From Takakia lepidozioides (Eukaryota > Plantae > Bryophyta), in NCBI GenBank assembly GCA_030704615.1, contig CM060732.1, forward strand, positions 57,350,001 to 57,414,000: 64,000 nt of DNA, written 5' to 3'. How positions within the stretch are numbered: the stretch's first letter is position 1; the number at the start of each line of letters is the position of its first letter. Of this stretch, positions 38,345-52,325 are shown piece after piece. The position numbers and the translations under genes are program-made. Under the pieces are notes generated by a model. That model was not told the DNA's origin. It did not search any database and saw nothing but the letters and a program-made list of their open reading frames with translations.

Positions 38345-38636
38345 TGTTGCAGAAATATACCTACAGCGCATATACGGTATGAGGTTGGTAGTGTACCGAC
38401 TTGTAATTGGGTAGCTTCTTGGCATAGCAAGATAACGATGAGCTTAGCTGAGCTCGTGCAGAGAGTTCTGATCATTGTGCTTAGGTGGTGCAGCGGGTGT
38501 GAGAGAAAGTGAGCGATAGCAGTGTACACTTGGATTGTGAAGCTATGTGTATACTTTCACAATCAGTATTAATACAATCTCTTTGCTATATTATTGTGCA
38601 TAATTCTTGGAGTCAATTCACTGCACTACTTCAACA
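38345..38636 (+). repeat. Copia 5' LTR
   Basis: TGTTGCAG...TTCAACA; a few percent divergent from the 3' LTR. Confidence 0.96.
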
Positions 38637-41600
38637 GGTTATGGGCCCACGAATCTCTTCCGGGATAAGTGCGCTGGTCTAAAAGTGGTATTGCATTGAT
38701 TTAGTTTCTCTCTCGTTTATGTTACGTTAGATATTGTGTCTAAAGTATCTGTCGTCAAACGTAGCAAGCATGGCTGATCTTCAAGATCTGGGCAATATTA
38801 TGAGGTTCTCAGGACAAAATTTCCATATGTGGCAGTTTCAGATTAGAGCTCTCTTTCTTGGAAAGGAGCTGATGGACGTAGTTGATGGCATCACAACGAG
38901 ACCTTCCAATGATGCCGAGGGTATAGCTGCATGGATCAAGAAAGATAATCAGGCAATTTTTCTTTTGTGCCAAGCCGTGGAGGAGAAGGTATCCAAATAT
39001 ATCATGGGATGCAAGACCTCCAAGGCGATCTGGGATAAATTGAGGGAGGTACACGATCAGCATTCGTATGAAAGCATTCACCATGTTCAACAACATTTCT
39101 TTGATATTACCATGGATGAAGGTGATAGTATTGCAGATTTCTTGGGTAAGATCGAGGAGGCACGATGTGAGCTCACAAATCTTGGAGATGATACATTCAC
39201 TAACAACACAGTCATGGCCAAGATTTTAAGTCGGCTGCCAGCAACATATGGATCGTTTCAATCATCATGGGAAAACGTCCCTGCAATTGAGCGAACGATA
39301 AGTATATATCATGACTGGGAGGCTGATCAGAGAAGAATCAAGAATGCGGGACCAAGAAAGCAGAGCCAATGGCAAAAGTGCAAGTGTATGCAGCATCGTT
39401 CAAAGGAAAAGGTGGCTCACAGTCAGGAAAACCACCGCTCACGCTTGAGCAACGTGAACAACGCAGGAAAAAAATAGCAGAGCGAAAGAAAACAACAGAA
39501 TGCAGGAACTGTGGAGCCACTTGACATTGGGGCAGGGAATGTACAAAGCCAAGAAAGTCGCTGGAAAATAAAGAAGTACCAAAGACTGACACTGGCTCAT
39601 CGAAGGTGCATCGGGCCTTCATGGCTTCAGAGTCAGGACCCTGCTCACAGCATTGGTACATGGACAATTGCTGCTCATAACACATGTGCCAGAATTGAAG
39701 TTGGTTCTCAACTTACAGCGATATCTCAGAAGAGAAGCAAACGGTGGAAGAGATCGGAGGTGTGGTGCTGTATGCACAAGGGATAGGTGACATTATTTTC
39801 CACACCTGGGTTGATGGAAAACAGACCAAAGGAATTCTCAAAGATGTTGTCCATGTGCCCAAGCTTGGCAGAAACTTATTCTCTACCTCTCGAGGAGCCC
39901 AGAAAGGAATTGATACCCTACACACCAAAGGAGGATGTTGTCTTATGGCTGATGGAGAAGTCGTGATGAAGGGAGTGGAAGAGTATGGAATCTATAGACT
40001 TTCAATGACGGTGGTATCCTCGTTGGAGTCCTTAGGAAACACCGCATTCTCCGCCAGTACAATTGGTGTACAGAGCAAAAAGGGTTGCACTCAGAGCTTG
40101 GACGTTTGGCACAAAAGACTTGGTCATGTCCATCATGGAATGATCAAGCATATGGAGAATAGAGACATGGTTGATGGATTGTTTATTTCAGGGCGAAGGG
40201 AGGACCTCCTTTTTGCGTGGGTTGTGCTTATGGAAAAAGCCACAGAGAGCTTTTTCCTTGGAATGAACACAGGGAGAAGACCACAGAGATCGGAGATTTG
40301 GTGCATTGTGACCTGTGTGGCCCAATCAACGTGATCAGCATTGGTGGCGCAAGATATTTCGCATTATTTAAGGATGATCACAGTGGGTTTAGGGTCATTT
40401 TTTGCATCACACATAAAACAGCCACACTGGATTGTCTGCATCGTTTATATGGACAGATGCAACGTGAGACAGGCAGGACCATCAAGATCCTCCGATCAGA
40501 TAAAGGAACAGAGTTTTGCAATGGAAAATTTGAAGAGTTCATGAGCCAGAAAGATATTGATGGTCCTTGCGTGAGCTCACTTGCGTTTACTCCCCTGAGC
40601 AAAATGGGGTGGCGGAAAGAGACAACCGTACTATTATTGAGTCTGTGCGCAACATGATACACGCTAGCAATGTTCACCCACGGTTTTGGGGGGAGGCTGC
40701 GTACACTGCAGTGTATTTGCTCAATCGAACCGGAAGTCGTTTGCTGGACAACGTAACACCATACCAGCTATGGTATGGCGTCAAGCCCTCTATTGCTCAT
40801 GTGTGAGTTTTTGGCTCCAGTGCATATGTTCACATACCTTCTGAGCTCAGGAAGAAGTTGGACCGGAAAAGCAAATATTGCATCTTGATGGGTTAGAGTG
40901 AGACAAGCAAAGCTTATCGTTTGTGGGATAATGAGTCCCGTCGCATTATTGAAAGCCGTGATGTGCTATTCGATGAGCTCAGTCATGAGAGTGGCTGATC
41001 TAGAGAGGCCCCATCTAACAGCTCTTATGCCCATTTGAGCGGCATTTTATTTGATCCACAGGCGCCAGTAGCATTGGGACCAGTGGGAGGTGCTGATGTT
41101 GATCCATTGCCCCATGTGCTTCAACCAGTGGGAGACATCATCGCCAGCAGCCCCGAACTGCTCACTCCTCTTGAGCTCACCCACTCTGGGGACGACGAGT
41201 GTGACCAGCAGAAGGCAACAGACCCCACAGGTACCGGAGTTTTGAATGAGCAACAAGTTTTTGCTTCTTGGATGACACAAGTGGCGATCCCTCCAGTAGC
41301 CTTCCAGAATTTTGGGTGTCAGAACCCGCACACCCTGGTGGCTCGTCCAGCCATGTTGAGCCTCGCATGCAGCCCGTGCAACTCGAAAGTCACGTATTTC
41401 CTGAGGAACGCGCCACTCGATCTAGGCATCCCCCGGAACGCTATGGCGATTGGGTTGTCCCGATTGGACATGGTAGCTACACTTACAAAGTTGCCACCAC
41501 CCAACTACCTACTGGATACTTGCCAGTCGAACCTGTGACGATTGATGCAGCCCTCAAGTCTCCGGAATGCCAGCAATGGATCGAAGCAATGCAGGAAGAA

Positions 41601-43118
41601 TATGATTCATTAATAGAAAATGGAACCTGGCTCTTGCAAGATTTGCCAACAGGAAGAAAGTTTGTGCGTTCCAAATGGGTCTATAAGGTCAAGCTTGCAG
41701 CTGATGGAAGCGTGTCCCGTTTTAAGGCTCGTCTCGTCGCAAAGGGGTTCGCCCTAAAGAAGGTTTGGACTACACTGAAACTTTCAGCCTAGTGGCCAAG
41801 TTTGATTCGATTTGCACCATTCTCTCTATAGCTGCAGCGGAAGACATGGAGATCACTCAATTTGACATACGAACAGCCTTTCTGTATGGCGAAATTGATG
41901 AGGAGATATACCTTGAGTAGCCTGCAGGTTTTATTGATGTCAACCATCCCACAAAGGTCTGCCGCCTCATGAAGGCCCTCTACGGGCTGAAACAATCTTC
42001 ATGAGTTTGGAACCGCAAATTCCATAGCTTCATCACTGATCACAATCTCTCTCAATCGACTGCAGATCCTTGCGTCTATGTGAGCACGGCTGATCCTCGC
42101 CTCATTGTTGCTATTTGGGTGGATGACGAGCAGCAACCAAGCCCCTTGCATCACTTATGTCCTTGGCTCCATGAAAGGAGCTTTCAGCATCACCGCAGGA
42201 AACCCTGAAATTTGTGTCGGTCTTCATATTACCAGGGACAGATTCCATCGCCCCATTCAGCTGGACCAAGAGCGCTACATTCAACGTATCCTGGCACGTT
42301 TTGGCTTCACCGACTGCACCCCTATCACCGTCCCTGCCGACCCCCATAGCTCTCTGGAGTAGCCATAGCCATAGCCATGACAGAGCCAACTGAAACCAAA
42401 TTTCTATACCGGGAGTGTGTTGGCAGTTTGCATTTTGCTGCTCAAGGAACCCGAGTGGACATCTCCTACTCTGTAAGTCATGCAGCCAAGTACTCTGAGT
42501 CTCCAAAGCTTTCCCATGTTGGTGGTGTCAAACGCATTCTAAAATATTTACGTGGATTTCCGGCTTTGCGGATCACATACACTGCACAGTCTACGTTTCA
42601 AAATCAGCTTGTGGCATATTGTGATGCTGATTATGCTGGTGACATGGATGACCACAAAAGCAGATCTGGGTATGTTTTAATGCTCAATGGAGGCCCGATG
42701 GCATGGGGCAGCCGCAAACAATCTTGCACAGTTACCAGCACCACTGAAGCCGAGTACATAGCTGCTCATCTCGCCACCCAGGAACTCATTCGGATGCGCC
42801 GCCTCTTGCATGATTTACGCTACACACAAACTAGCCCTACAGTTTTGTATAGCGACAATCAAGCCGCAATTCGTTTGGTACGAAATCCAGAGTTTCATAA
42901 ACGCACCAAACACATGGACCTGAAGTATCACAAGATCAGAGAAGTTTAAGAGAGTGGCGAGATTCTTATCACGTATGTTTCTACTGCTGACAATGTGGCT
43001 GATATCCTCACCAAAGCCCTCCCTCGTGACAAGTTCTGCCGCTTCAAGACTCTACTCGGTCTCACTTCCACCGTTGCTGCCGATAGTGTTGATAGTTCAA
43101 CCTCATCCCCAGTGGGAG

Positions 43119-43404
43119 TGTTGTAGAAATATACCTACAACGCATATACGGTATAAGGTTGGTAGTGTACCGACGTGTAGTTGGGTAGCTTCTTGGCATA
43201 GCAAGATAACGATGAGCTTAGCTGAGCTCGCGCAGAGAGTTCTGATCACTGTGCTTAGGTGGTGCAGCGGGTGTGAGAGAAAGTGGGCGATAGCAGTGTA
43301 CACTTGGAAGCTATGTGTATACTTTCACAATCAGTGTTAATACAATCTCTTTGCTATATCGTTGTGCATATTTCTTGGAGTCAATTCACTGCACTACTTC
43401 AACA
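43119..43404 (+). repeat. Copia 3' LTR
   Basis: TGTTGTAG...TTCAACA, after the purine-rich agtgggag. Confidence 0.96.
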
Positions 43405-43680
43405 ATCGCATCTGGTGTTATCAAAACATTGCTTTGCTACACAAGCACGTGGGTAGCTTCAAGTCAGACTTGTGGAGAATTGACACGACGGTGTGGGAGA
43501 CGACACATCACAGTTGGTGGCAGCTATCAATTTTTCCTTGTGGGTAGCTCCAACTTGTTTTAGACATCAAGCTCATTCACAGAGTAGAGCCCAATGTTTT
43601 CCAGACACGGCAGAAATGGGCTAGGTTTTAGATCCGTCGGCCCCGCATGTAGAAATGGAGCCCTTTTCATCAGGACAACT

Positions 43681-43778
43681 AGCCCACACTACCCGTCTCT
43701 CTATCTCTGCCGAAGCCTGAAAAAGAGCAGCCCACACTACCCGTCTCTCTATCTCAACCGAAGCCTGAAAAAGAGCAA
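43681..43778. repeat. ~48-bp tandem duplication
   Basis: agcccacactacccgtctctctatctc..ccgaagcctgaaaaagagc occurs twice. Confidence 0.9.
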
Positions 43779-45623
43779 CATCAAGGCACAGCTCGATTGA
43801 CTTGGAGGCAAAGACTGGCTTTTGACTGACAATGGCACCGAGAGGCAAGGCGGATTGGATGAAGGATGCAGGGAGTATGGCATAAGGCATGAGCGTACAG
43901 CTCCCTATAGGTTGCCAGGGAATGGTGGAGAGAGTGATCAAGTCACTCGAGCCTCAGAACTCCAACCCCTGGAGAAGAAAGTGAACTAGGTGAGCAGCGC
44001 AAAACTTGCAGGAGTGTGAGAAGGAACATCAGCACGGCCTTCCAGCAAACATCATGAGATATATCTGACATTGTCAACTGTCACTGGATTGAAAAAGGGA
44101 TATGTCTATTGCATCAGTGATGTACTTCTTTGCAAGGAACACACTTGATTATAGAGAATGATGGGTGGTGACGGAATGTTGTACTTCAGCACTCGGTAGG
44201 CCTCAGGAGTCCAAACAACAACAGACATCTGACAATTATATCTCTCTCCTCGTCCCACCTTATTTGTTCGCTCTCTCTGTCTCGCTTTCCATCTTCTTTA
44301 TTTGGCTAAAGCCATGGAGGCGCAGCAATCGGGGCCAGGCTCTTGGGTCTCATGTGGAGGTGGGTATATTTCCTTCCTTCCTCCGTCTCTTGAACCTCGT
44401 CGACCAAGATTACAGGCGAGATAGTAAAAATACGGAAGAGACGCCACCCCATACTGCATGTCATGCTAAGTTACTTCGTATCCGTTCGGAAACTGGAATT
44501 CTATAGCTTGGCAATTTCAAACTAAGCTGTAGATCCACATGCATAGACAATCTAGTTTTGCAAGCGTCAAACAGACTGTTGGGTCACCTCCTCCCTATCT
44601 TTTCAAGCACAGGCAGCTCGAGATAGCCTCCCGATGTATAAACCAATGATACTTCCCTTTTCTGCTCGTTCGAAACTGGTGCCGTGTCTATGACCAGGCC
44701 AACACCACCCTCATGAGCACATGCATCTCTCTCTCTTCCACAGGAATCACAACTATCCGCGCCTTTCGGTCACAAAATCACTTCCATGGCTACGAACTCA
44801 CATCTGCCCTACGAAAGCAGAGTACAGCAGCATTACTGCAATCAACAACAAACACCACCAACTCCTCTGGTGTGAGAGCATCCATAAAACAGGATGTGAG
44901 TGTTTGCCAGGCTTTCCAGATCCGTGACATTGTCAGAGGCCTCTTCATGGTCACCGCGCAACCTTTATGAGGCGCTTCATTGCTCACATGCTGCATACCT
45001 CGTCGTATCGGTACGAGGAAGCCACGTGTTTGTCGCTCTTAATGCACCGAGCATGCACGACATAAATGTATGTTGAGCTGCTTCCAGTCCGAAACTGCTT
45101 TTAATAAGAAGCCATTGACGATTGCGCATTGGATAGCCCTCTTGGAAACGAGGTAACAATTTCTTGGTAAGTAGATCAAATAAGCCGCGCTTTCATGAGC
45201 CGCGCTTTCCTAGGACTGAGATCCGGTGTTGAGGTGCTGTGCTAGATCAAGTGTTATGTCATTATAGCTCATAGTCCTAGATTTTGAAGCCTATTGATGA
45301 GATCTTCTGCAGGACGTTGAGGCTACATTTTCACACGAAGGTTTCCAAGTCTTCGGACTTGTGTTGCAAGCTGGCGTATTCAATGCTGCTGTTGCTCTGT
45401 GGACACGCCAGAAAGCGCTACCCACCCACTGAGAGCAAGCTGCTTTCTCTGGCCGCCATTACTACCACCTTCGTGCCGAGCAACAAGTATCCTATCAGTC
45501 TTCAGACTGCAGGTTGAGCTGCCTACATCTTATTTTCGAGAGCTCGTCCCAAGCATCGTCTGTCTTTCAGCACGCAGTTGTCCAGCAGCCTACCTCTTTC
45601 CATCCCCCAACACGCGGTTCGCC

Positions 45624-47071
45624 ATGGGCAAGTGCGTGCATCTCAGCGTGATGGGCATTGTGCTTCTGGTGTCCCTTTTGGCTATGCCTTCTCTCTCTGT
45701 AGCAGGTGCGTGCTTCTCTCGACCTTCTCTGTCTGAAAGAACATAGCTAGATACAAACATGCGACGAGTGCGACTCTCGCACTCAGGCATTGTTCAAGAA
45801 GCACTTTACGCAATACTTGTAACTAGGTGTTATGTGTGAGTAAGCCGTATAGATGTTCTTGTGATGATCTGTGACTAGTAGCATTGAGAATTGACACGCC
45901 AATGCTTGCTCTTAAAACTCATGCTTCGTCCTTGACGTGCTGCTTGTCTGCGGTGTGCTCCTCGCAAGCTCGAGCAAGTTCCTGCATGAGCATGCGTGCT
46001 GGAGGTTGAATGAATTGTTGTCGTACCATGGTTGGTCCTTGGCTGCATCTCTACTTGGGGCACAGTCGCCGACGAATCGTGATTCTCGCCGACAACATTC
46101 GTCTGGCGATAGTTAGAGTGATGTCGTATTTTCTGGATTGATCTATCTATAAAATACGTTTGAGCAGGAGATAGCAGGTGCATTCTTTGTTGGGAGAGCT
46201 GCCTCTTCCATTCTGTTCCTTCAGATTGTACTGAGCTCCTAGAAGGAGCGACGTTATTTCAATGTCCGTCGACTGCAGGAGAGTACGCTACAATTGAAGG
46301 ATACAAGATTCATACTACCCTTCTCAGGGTGCTAACAGATAGTGAACATGTAGGTAGTTATACTCAGATGTCCCTGTGCTCTCGCGGACCTTGGATGACA
46401 GCTCTGATATTGGTCTAGTTCGGGGCTGGTTTTTTGTCTTTTGCAGCCCGCCTGAAATATGGATTGAAAACCGATCGATCTGCGCGGCACCTTCTCCAAT
46501 CTTCTGGTGAGCTTCTTTCCCTGGTCATTATCCTTAGCTCTCAGCAGTACGAGAAAGAGCATCCCAAATGCTTCGAGAGACGGTCCACCCAAAGTTGAAG
46601 AGTATATCTACAGTGTAGCAATAGGGGCTGTGCCTTTTACAGATGCCTGTCCACTCGTCCTTTTCGATTCAACATACCATGCATGAAGTCATCACAACAC
46701 TACAGTTATCCTGTCTTGGGTGACTCCTATTTGCTAGATAGACAGGTCAAGGTGGGCTCTATCATTTGATCAAACCAGTATGTCTGATGCATGTGTGGTT
46801 GGATACAGGTTGCGCCAGGGATTTCACCCCGAATGCAGTGAACTATACCCCTGTCACAAGTGTGTGCTCGCCCAGCAGTCCCACAGGCGCAGATGCAACA
46901 TGCTGTGCGGCTTTCAACAAATTGGCATGCGAGTACTCCGGCGATGTGAACAATATGAACTCCGCTTGCCCCTTGACATTCCTGGCCTATTTGAGCAGCG
47001 CTGGTCCCTACCAAACTGGTTACTTCGTGACCACGTGCACCTCCGGCGAAAAGGGCCTCTGCGGCCCCTAG
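45624..47071 (+). CDS. LORELEI-like (LLG) small Cys-rich secreted protein; exons 45624-45705 and 46809-47071 (a middle exon is possible)
   Basis: Signal-peptide exon with a phase-1 splice. Eight Cys in LLG spacing: C..DF..NYT.VTSVC..CCAAF..LAC..NN...C..FLAY...GPY..F...C..G.KGLC. Confidence 0.8.
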
Positions 47072-47765
47072 ACTCCTGCTTGCATCCTCCTTCCGAAGTC
47101 TTGTCTGTCTGTCTTCACTCGCGGACAAGTTCTGGGCATGCATTCAGTTTCCAAAGTGGGTGCATCGTTGTTAATGTCCACGGACCAACACTCACCTTCT
47201 CTTGCGCTGTGCTTGTAGATCCATCTCCTCTCGCTCTCGTGTGTCTCTTCCATCTCTTCTCCTGCAGCAGGCACGGTGGAGGGGCCGAGAGTGTGGAGTC
47301 GATATGTAAACAAAAAAAACCTTTGCAATTATATCTATATATCAGTAAAACTATGGAGGTTAGTGCGGCGAGAAACACAGATTTGAGTTGGATATTTGGT
47401 GGATACATTGGACTGATATATCCAGAATGTTTGGCAGCAATCAGCGCTATGTCCACATACATAAGTGTGCACCCTCCAAACACATTCTTGCTGCTTATCA
47501 CGAAAATGCCTCATATGTTGCGGATTGGAATGTCAAATGCGATATGGTCTACCTTAGTGCCTTCTAATGAACACTACATAGTGGGAAAAAAAATGACTCT
47601 TGGAAGGAAGATATATATGATCAAATTGGTATTCTTAGAGTCTCATGGAACCTATGTCACATTCCAAAAGTGCATTGACCTTTCTTCAAAACTATTCACT
47701 TGCCAACACTTCAACACATATCCCTTATGAACTGTGAAGAAGCTAAAGAAAGAGAAGAAATGTAA

Positions 47766-48959
47766 GCAATATATGAAGCGAGTCTGTAGTTTTGTTTTGA
47801 TTTGTAGAGATCTCCCAAACCGCGGGCCCAGCGCTGGTGCTTGGTGGCGTTGGAAAAGCCCTTGAGGAGAGGAGGGGTACACAGGCTTGGTCTCACAATT
47901 TTTGGACAAGCGTTGAGGGAGATGTGGATGTGGGATTACAAGTGCTTTTTGGTCGCTGGAAGTTCAGAAAATCTAGCAAAAATGGCCAAGCCTTGGAGGA
48001 GGGGTGCACGGGCTTGGTCTCACGATTTTTGGACAACGGCAGAGGAATTCAAAGTACTTTTTGGTCGTTGGAAATTCACAAAAAATAGAAAAAATGGCAA
48101 AGTGGGCCTCCTAGACAATGGTTGGGAGAGATACAAAGGGAAAGGTCTCCGGTTCAAATCTGGCCGCAGGCTCTAAGGAAAAACATGCATTTAGACTTGG
48201 ATGACATTGGACACTTGGGCCAATGGCACCGGCTACCCTAGAGAAGGGAGATATATCAATAATGATTGGATAAACATAGGAGATTGCACTTGGATGTAGG
48301 CAATGCACATGAATACATAGGAAATTGCACTTGGTCTTAGATTTCAATTTCTCACATGTGGGCCAACGGCAAAGGCTACCCTAGAGGTTGCACTTGGGCC
48401 TAGGATATGGGAGACGTACTTGGATACATAGAAGATTGCACTTGGGCCGACGGCACATGCTACCCTAGAGACGGGAGATATATTGATTGGATATTACTAC
48501 TCAATAACTTCATTAAAAAAAAATGGGGCCTTCACATGGGCTAAACTTGGATACATAGGAGATTGCGCAATGGGCTTAGATGGGCCTCGACATAGGAGAC
48601 ACACATGGGAGACGCCCTTGGATACATAAAAGACGCACTTGGATACATAAGATATCGCACTTAGGCTTAGATGACAGTGGACATTTGGGTCTCGACATGG
48701 GAGATGCACTTGGATACATAGAAGATTGCATTTGGGCTTAGATGGACCTAGGAGATGCACAGGAATACATAGGAAATTGCCTTGGTCTTAGATTTCAATT
48801 TTTCACGCATGGGCCAACGGCATAGGCTACCCTAGAGGTTGCACTTGGGCCTAGACATGGGAGACGTACTTGGATACATAGAAGATTGCACTTGGACATA
48901 GAAAACGCACTTGGATACATAGGAGATGGTACTTGGGCCAACGGCACTGGCTACCCTAG
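47766..48959 (+). mobile_element. Non-autonomous Helitron-like element with internally repeated 3' ends
   Basis: Homologous to 50334-51580. Ends gggccaacggcactggctaccCTAG|T. Confidence 0.65.
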
Positions 48960-50333
48960 TGGTGCGTTATAAGAAAGAAAGAAAGAACATTGGAAGTTTG
49001 AACCATGGAGGCAATCTGGCGAAACATCGCCAGATTTCGACCTGGAAAATGGGTCGGCTGATTTTATAAACGAGTCTTGGGAGTAAAAATCGAAAAAATT
49101 GCCAGAAAGCACCAATGGTTAAATATCAGGAGCCAGAATTTTCCTAAGTGGACCTGTTAAAGTGTGACACCTGTTATATAGCCACTTTTCTAAGCCTGCC
49201 ACCTCATTCTTCTTGCCACATGGGCACTGGATAGAATTTACATGTGGCTTTGTGGCGATTTTGGAAAAGTGAAAAAAAAAAACACTGATTAGAAGGCTTG
49301 GTTAGTTGCGCATGATTCTCTACAGACTGACATACCTACTCCCAGTTTCATCTAACAAGCTCGGTAGAAAAAGTAACTTCCCTCAGAGCACAATTTCAAT
49401 GTCATAGCATTATTCACCTGACTTCGATCCCACAATAGCCTAAATGAAATTGTAGCAGTTAGTTGATCTTGGAAGTGTATGACCCAACAATGTAAAATGA
49501 ACTTGTAAAAACAAAAATTATAAAAAAATGAACTTGGTGGCCTCGTGACAGTCACAGGACTCTTGATGAACTGATCCCAGGGACAGTGCCCAAGAGCCCA
49601 AAGCAATGGGCTGTTGTGGTGAAGGGAATTTCGTTTATGACCCTCTACCACAACACGTCATGTAAGGAATTAAAAAAAAGGAATCAACAATCAACCCGGC
49701 TTCCCTCATCTGCCTACAGTTTCTTGCCCTCGGCATAAATTTCCTGTGTTTGTTCAAATGCCCCCTTCGTAGGTACTGATCCATTATGAAAGCCGCGGCG
49801 GTGCTTCCACAGTTCTAGTGCTGGTGGTCTTCCCCATGTGTTCGTTCAGCTCATCAGGCTAGTACCATACCAACTCTACTCTCTGAAATCTTCTTGAGAA
49901 ACTGCCCGAGCATTTTTTGTCCACTTTTATAGCCCTAGAGATATATATTCTGTGGACAACTCATCTGCAACAAACACACTGTGGTCGTTCCCTTGATTGT
50001 GCCATTTATTAAAAGAAGAGAGTGAAAAGATGGTGTATTACCATCAAACATTACTAAAGCCAATCAATGTGTTAGAAGAGTCCTAAAGAAACTAAACTGG
50101 ACTAATGTGGATCATCTATTTGAATAGAAAATCTAATTACCCCCTCTAGGCCCTCTCTGCACTAAAACACCCCAGCTGATGACCTGCTGGGCTTGACATT
50201 GTATCCTATCCCTGTTCCATCCTACCCTGGACGTCTCTAGCCCTCTGTCAACATTATAAACCTTTTTTCCTTTCTTGTGAATACCCTCAGGCCCTGCCAT
50301 TTATGGTAATTACTTGGTGATTTAATCTTGTTA

Positions 50334-51580
50334 TCAACATATGAAGGGAGCCGTTTGTTTTGTTTGTGGCGTCGTTGAGATCTCCCAAAACGCGGGGCTC
50401 CAACCCCGGTGCTTGGTGCCGTTGGAAAGCCCTTGATGAGGAGGGGTGCACCGGCTTGGTCTCATGATTTTGGGACCTGCGGTGTGGGAGATGTGGAAAT
50501 CTGAGTACTTTTGGTCGCTGGAAATTCGAGAAAATAGCAAAGTGGGCTTTCCTAGAGCAGTGATTGGCCCTTCAAGTGGGAGATTTGGAATTTCAAGTAC
50601 TTATGGTCGCTGGAAATCCACAAAAAATAACAAAAATGGCAAAGTGGGCATTCGGGACAATGGTTGGAGCCTCGAGGGAGAGATATAAACGGAAAGGTCT
50701 CCGGTTCAAATCTGGTCATAGGCTATGTGGAAAAAAACTTACTTAGATGACATTGGACACTTGGGCCAACGACAAAGGCTATCCTAGAGGTTGCATTTGG
50801 GCCTCGACATAGGAGACGCACTTTGATACATAGAGGATTGCACTTGGACTTAGATGACAATGGACATTTGGGCCAACGGCACAGGCTACCCCAGTCAACA
50901 TATGAATCGAAACGTTTGTTTTGTTTTGTTTTGTTTGTAACGTCGTTGAGATCTCCCCAACATCGAGGCCGAACGCTGGTGCTTCGTGCCGTTGGAAAGC
51001 CCTCGATCAGGAGGGGAGCACCGGCTTGGTCTCATGATTTTTGGACCAACGGTGTGGGAGATGTGGAATTTCAAGTGCTTTGGGTCGCTGGAAATTCACA
51101 AAAAATAGCAAAGTGGGCTTTCCTGGAGCAATGATTGGCCCTTCACGTGGGAGATTTGGAATTTCAAGTACTTTTGGTCCCTAGAAATTCGCAAAAAAAT
51201 AGCAAAATGGGCATTCCTCGACAATGGTTGGAGCCTCGACAAAAGAGATATCAAGGGGAAAGGTCTCCCATTCAAATCTGATCGTAGGCTCTGGAAAAAA
51301 ATGCATTTGGACTTAGATGACATTGGATATATTACTACTCTATAAATTCATGGAAAAAAATTTAATGGGGCCTTGACATGGCAGACATACTTGGATACAT
51401 AGTAGGAGATTGCACACTAGGCTTAGATGGGCCTCCACATGGGAGACGCACATGAGAGATGCCCTTGGATACATAGGAGATGCACTTGGATACATAAAAG
51501 ATTGCACTTGGATACATAGGAGATTCCACTTGAGCTAAGATGACACTTGACACTTGGGCCATCGGCACAGGCTACCCTAG
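50334..51580 (+). mobile_element. Non-autonomous Helitron-like element, head-to-tail dimer (second unit from 50895)
   Basis: A|TCAACATATG start, GC-rich subterminal motif and CTAG|T end, no TSD. Confidence 0.72.
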
Positions 51581-51699
51581 TATAAGTTATTTTACAGTTA
51601 TACACAAATCACGTTTTTCAACTTTACTGTTTGCTACAAAATAACTGAGGGAAAATAATCAGCGTTCCACTGTCTGACGAGTAAGCCCCAAAGGAACAA

Positions 51700-52325
51700 A
51701 CCCCATGTTGGAAGTGGTGAAATGTTGGTATCTCATACAACAATTTCTCCCTCAACAATCTTTGAGCTGAACTTCATGGCCATGTGGCAGTCACCACACA
51801 CCTGAAGGTTTGTTATGACACGGCGAAGCGTCCCAGGGGATGTGCTGAGCAATTGCTAGCTTTCCACTATGGTAGCAGAGAGAAAATTCCTTTAGCTCCT
51901 CCTCAACATCATGCAATACAAAGCAGGTATAGGCTGACCTGGCAGTTGTCAACAACCTCAATGCAGCTGTGACCAGGCTCCTTTCTGCCACCTGCGTCCT
52001 TCATCATTTTTCTCACCTTTGCAGTGTGTCCCACCTGCCAGCTGCGGCATACACATTCGATAGCAGCACATAAGTTGCAGTATCCTGTGGATTCCACTTG
52101 AGAAGGCATTTTGCTGCACGTTCACCTCCAGGTTGCCATGCATGCTGCAGGCACCAAGCAAGGCCCCCCCACACCCCAGCTGCTGGTCCAATCGGCATTT
52201 TTTTAATGAAGTCCTCTGCCTCATCCAATCTCCCTGCACGGCCAAGAAGGTCCACTATGCAGCCAGAATGCTCCACTGTAGGAGTGAGGCCATGATATTG
52301 ACTCATGGCATCAAAGCATCTGCTG
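51700..52325 (-). pseudogene. PLS-class PPR E/E+/DYW relic
   Basis: CIVDLLGRAGRLDEAEDFIKKMPIGP, TATYVLLSNVYAAAGRWD, YHSGKLAIA, VCGDCH; frameshifted and truncated. Confidence 0.92.

Larger units (their letters stand above)
38345..43404 (+). mobile_element. Full-length but decayed Ty1/Copia LTR retrotransposon
   Basis: TG..CA LTRs at 38345-38636 and 43119-43404. TSD ATCGC on both sides. PBS GGTTATGGGCCC. Gag, CCHC, PR, INT (HCDLCGP, RSDKGTEF, QNGVAER), RT and RH (YCDADYAG) with many stops and frameshifts. Confidence 0.97.

Noticed and set aside
44713-44800. GITTIRAFRSQNHF resembling ABCC transporters
   Set aside because: Isolated short match with no other ABC motifs nearby.
46780-47730. 316-aa ORF
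   Set aside because: Alternative frame over the LLG exon and its 3' UTR, with no recognisable domain.
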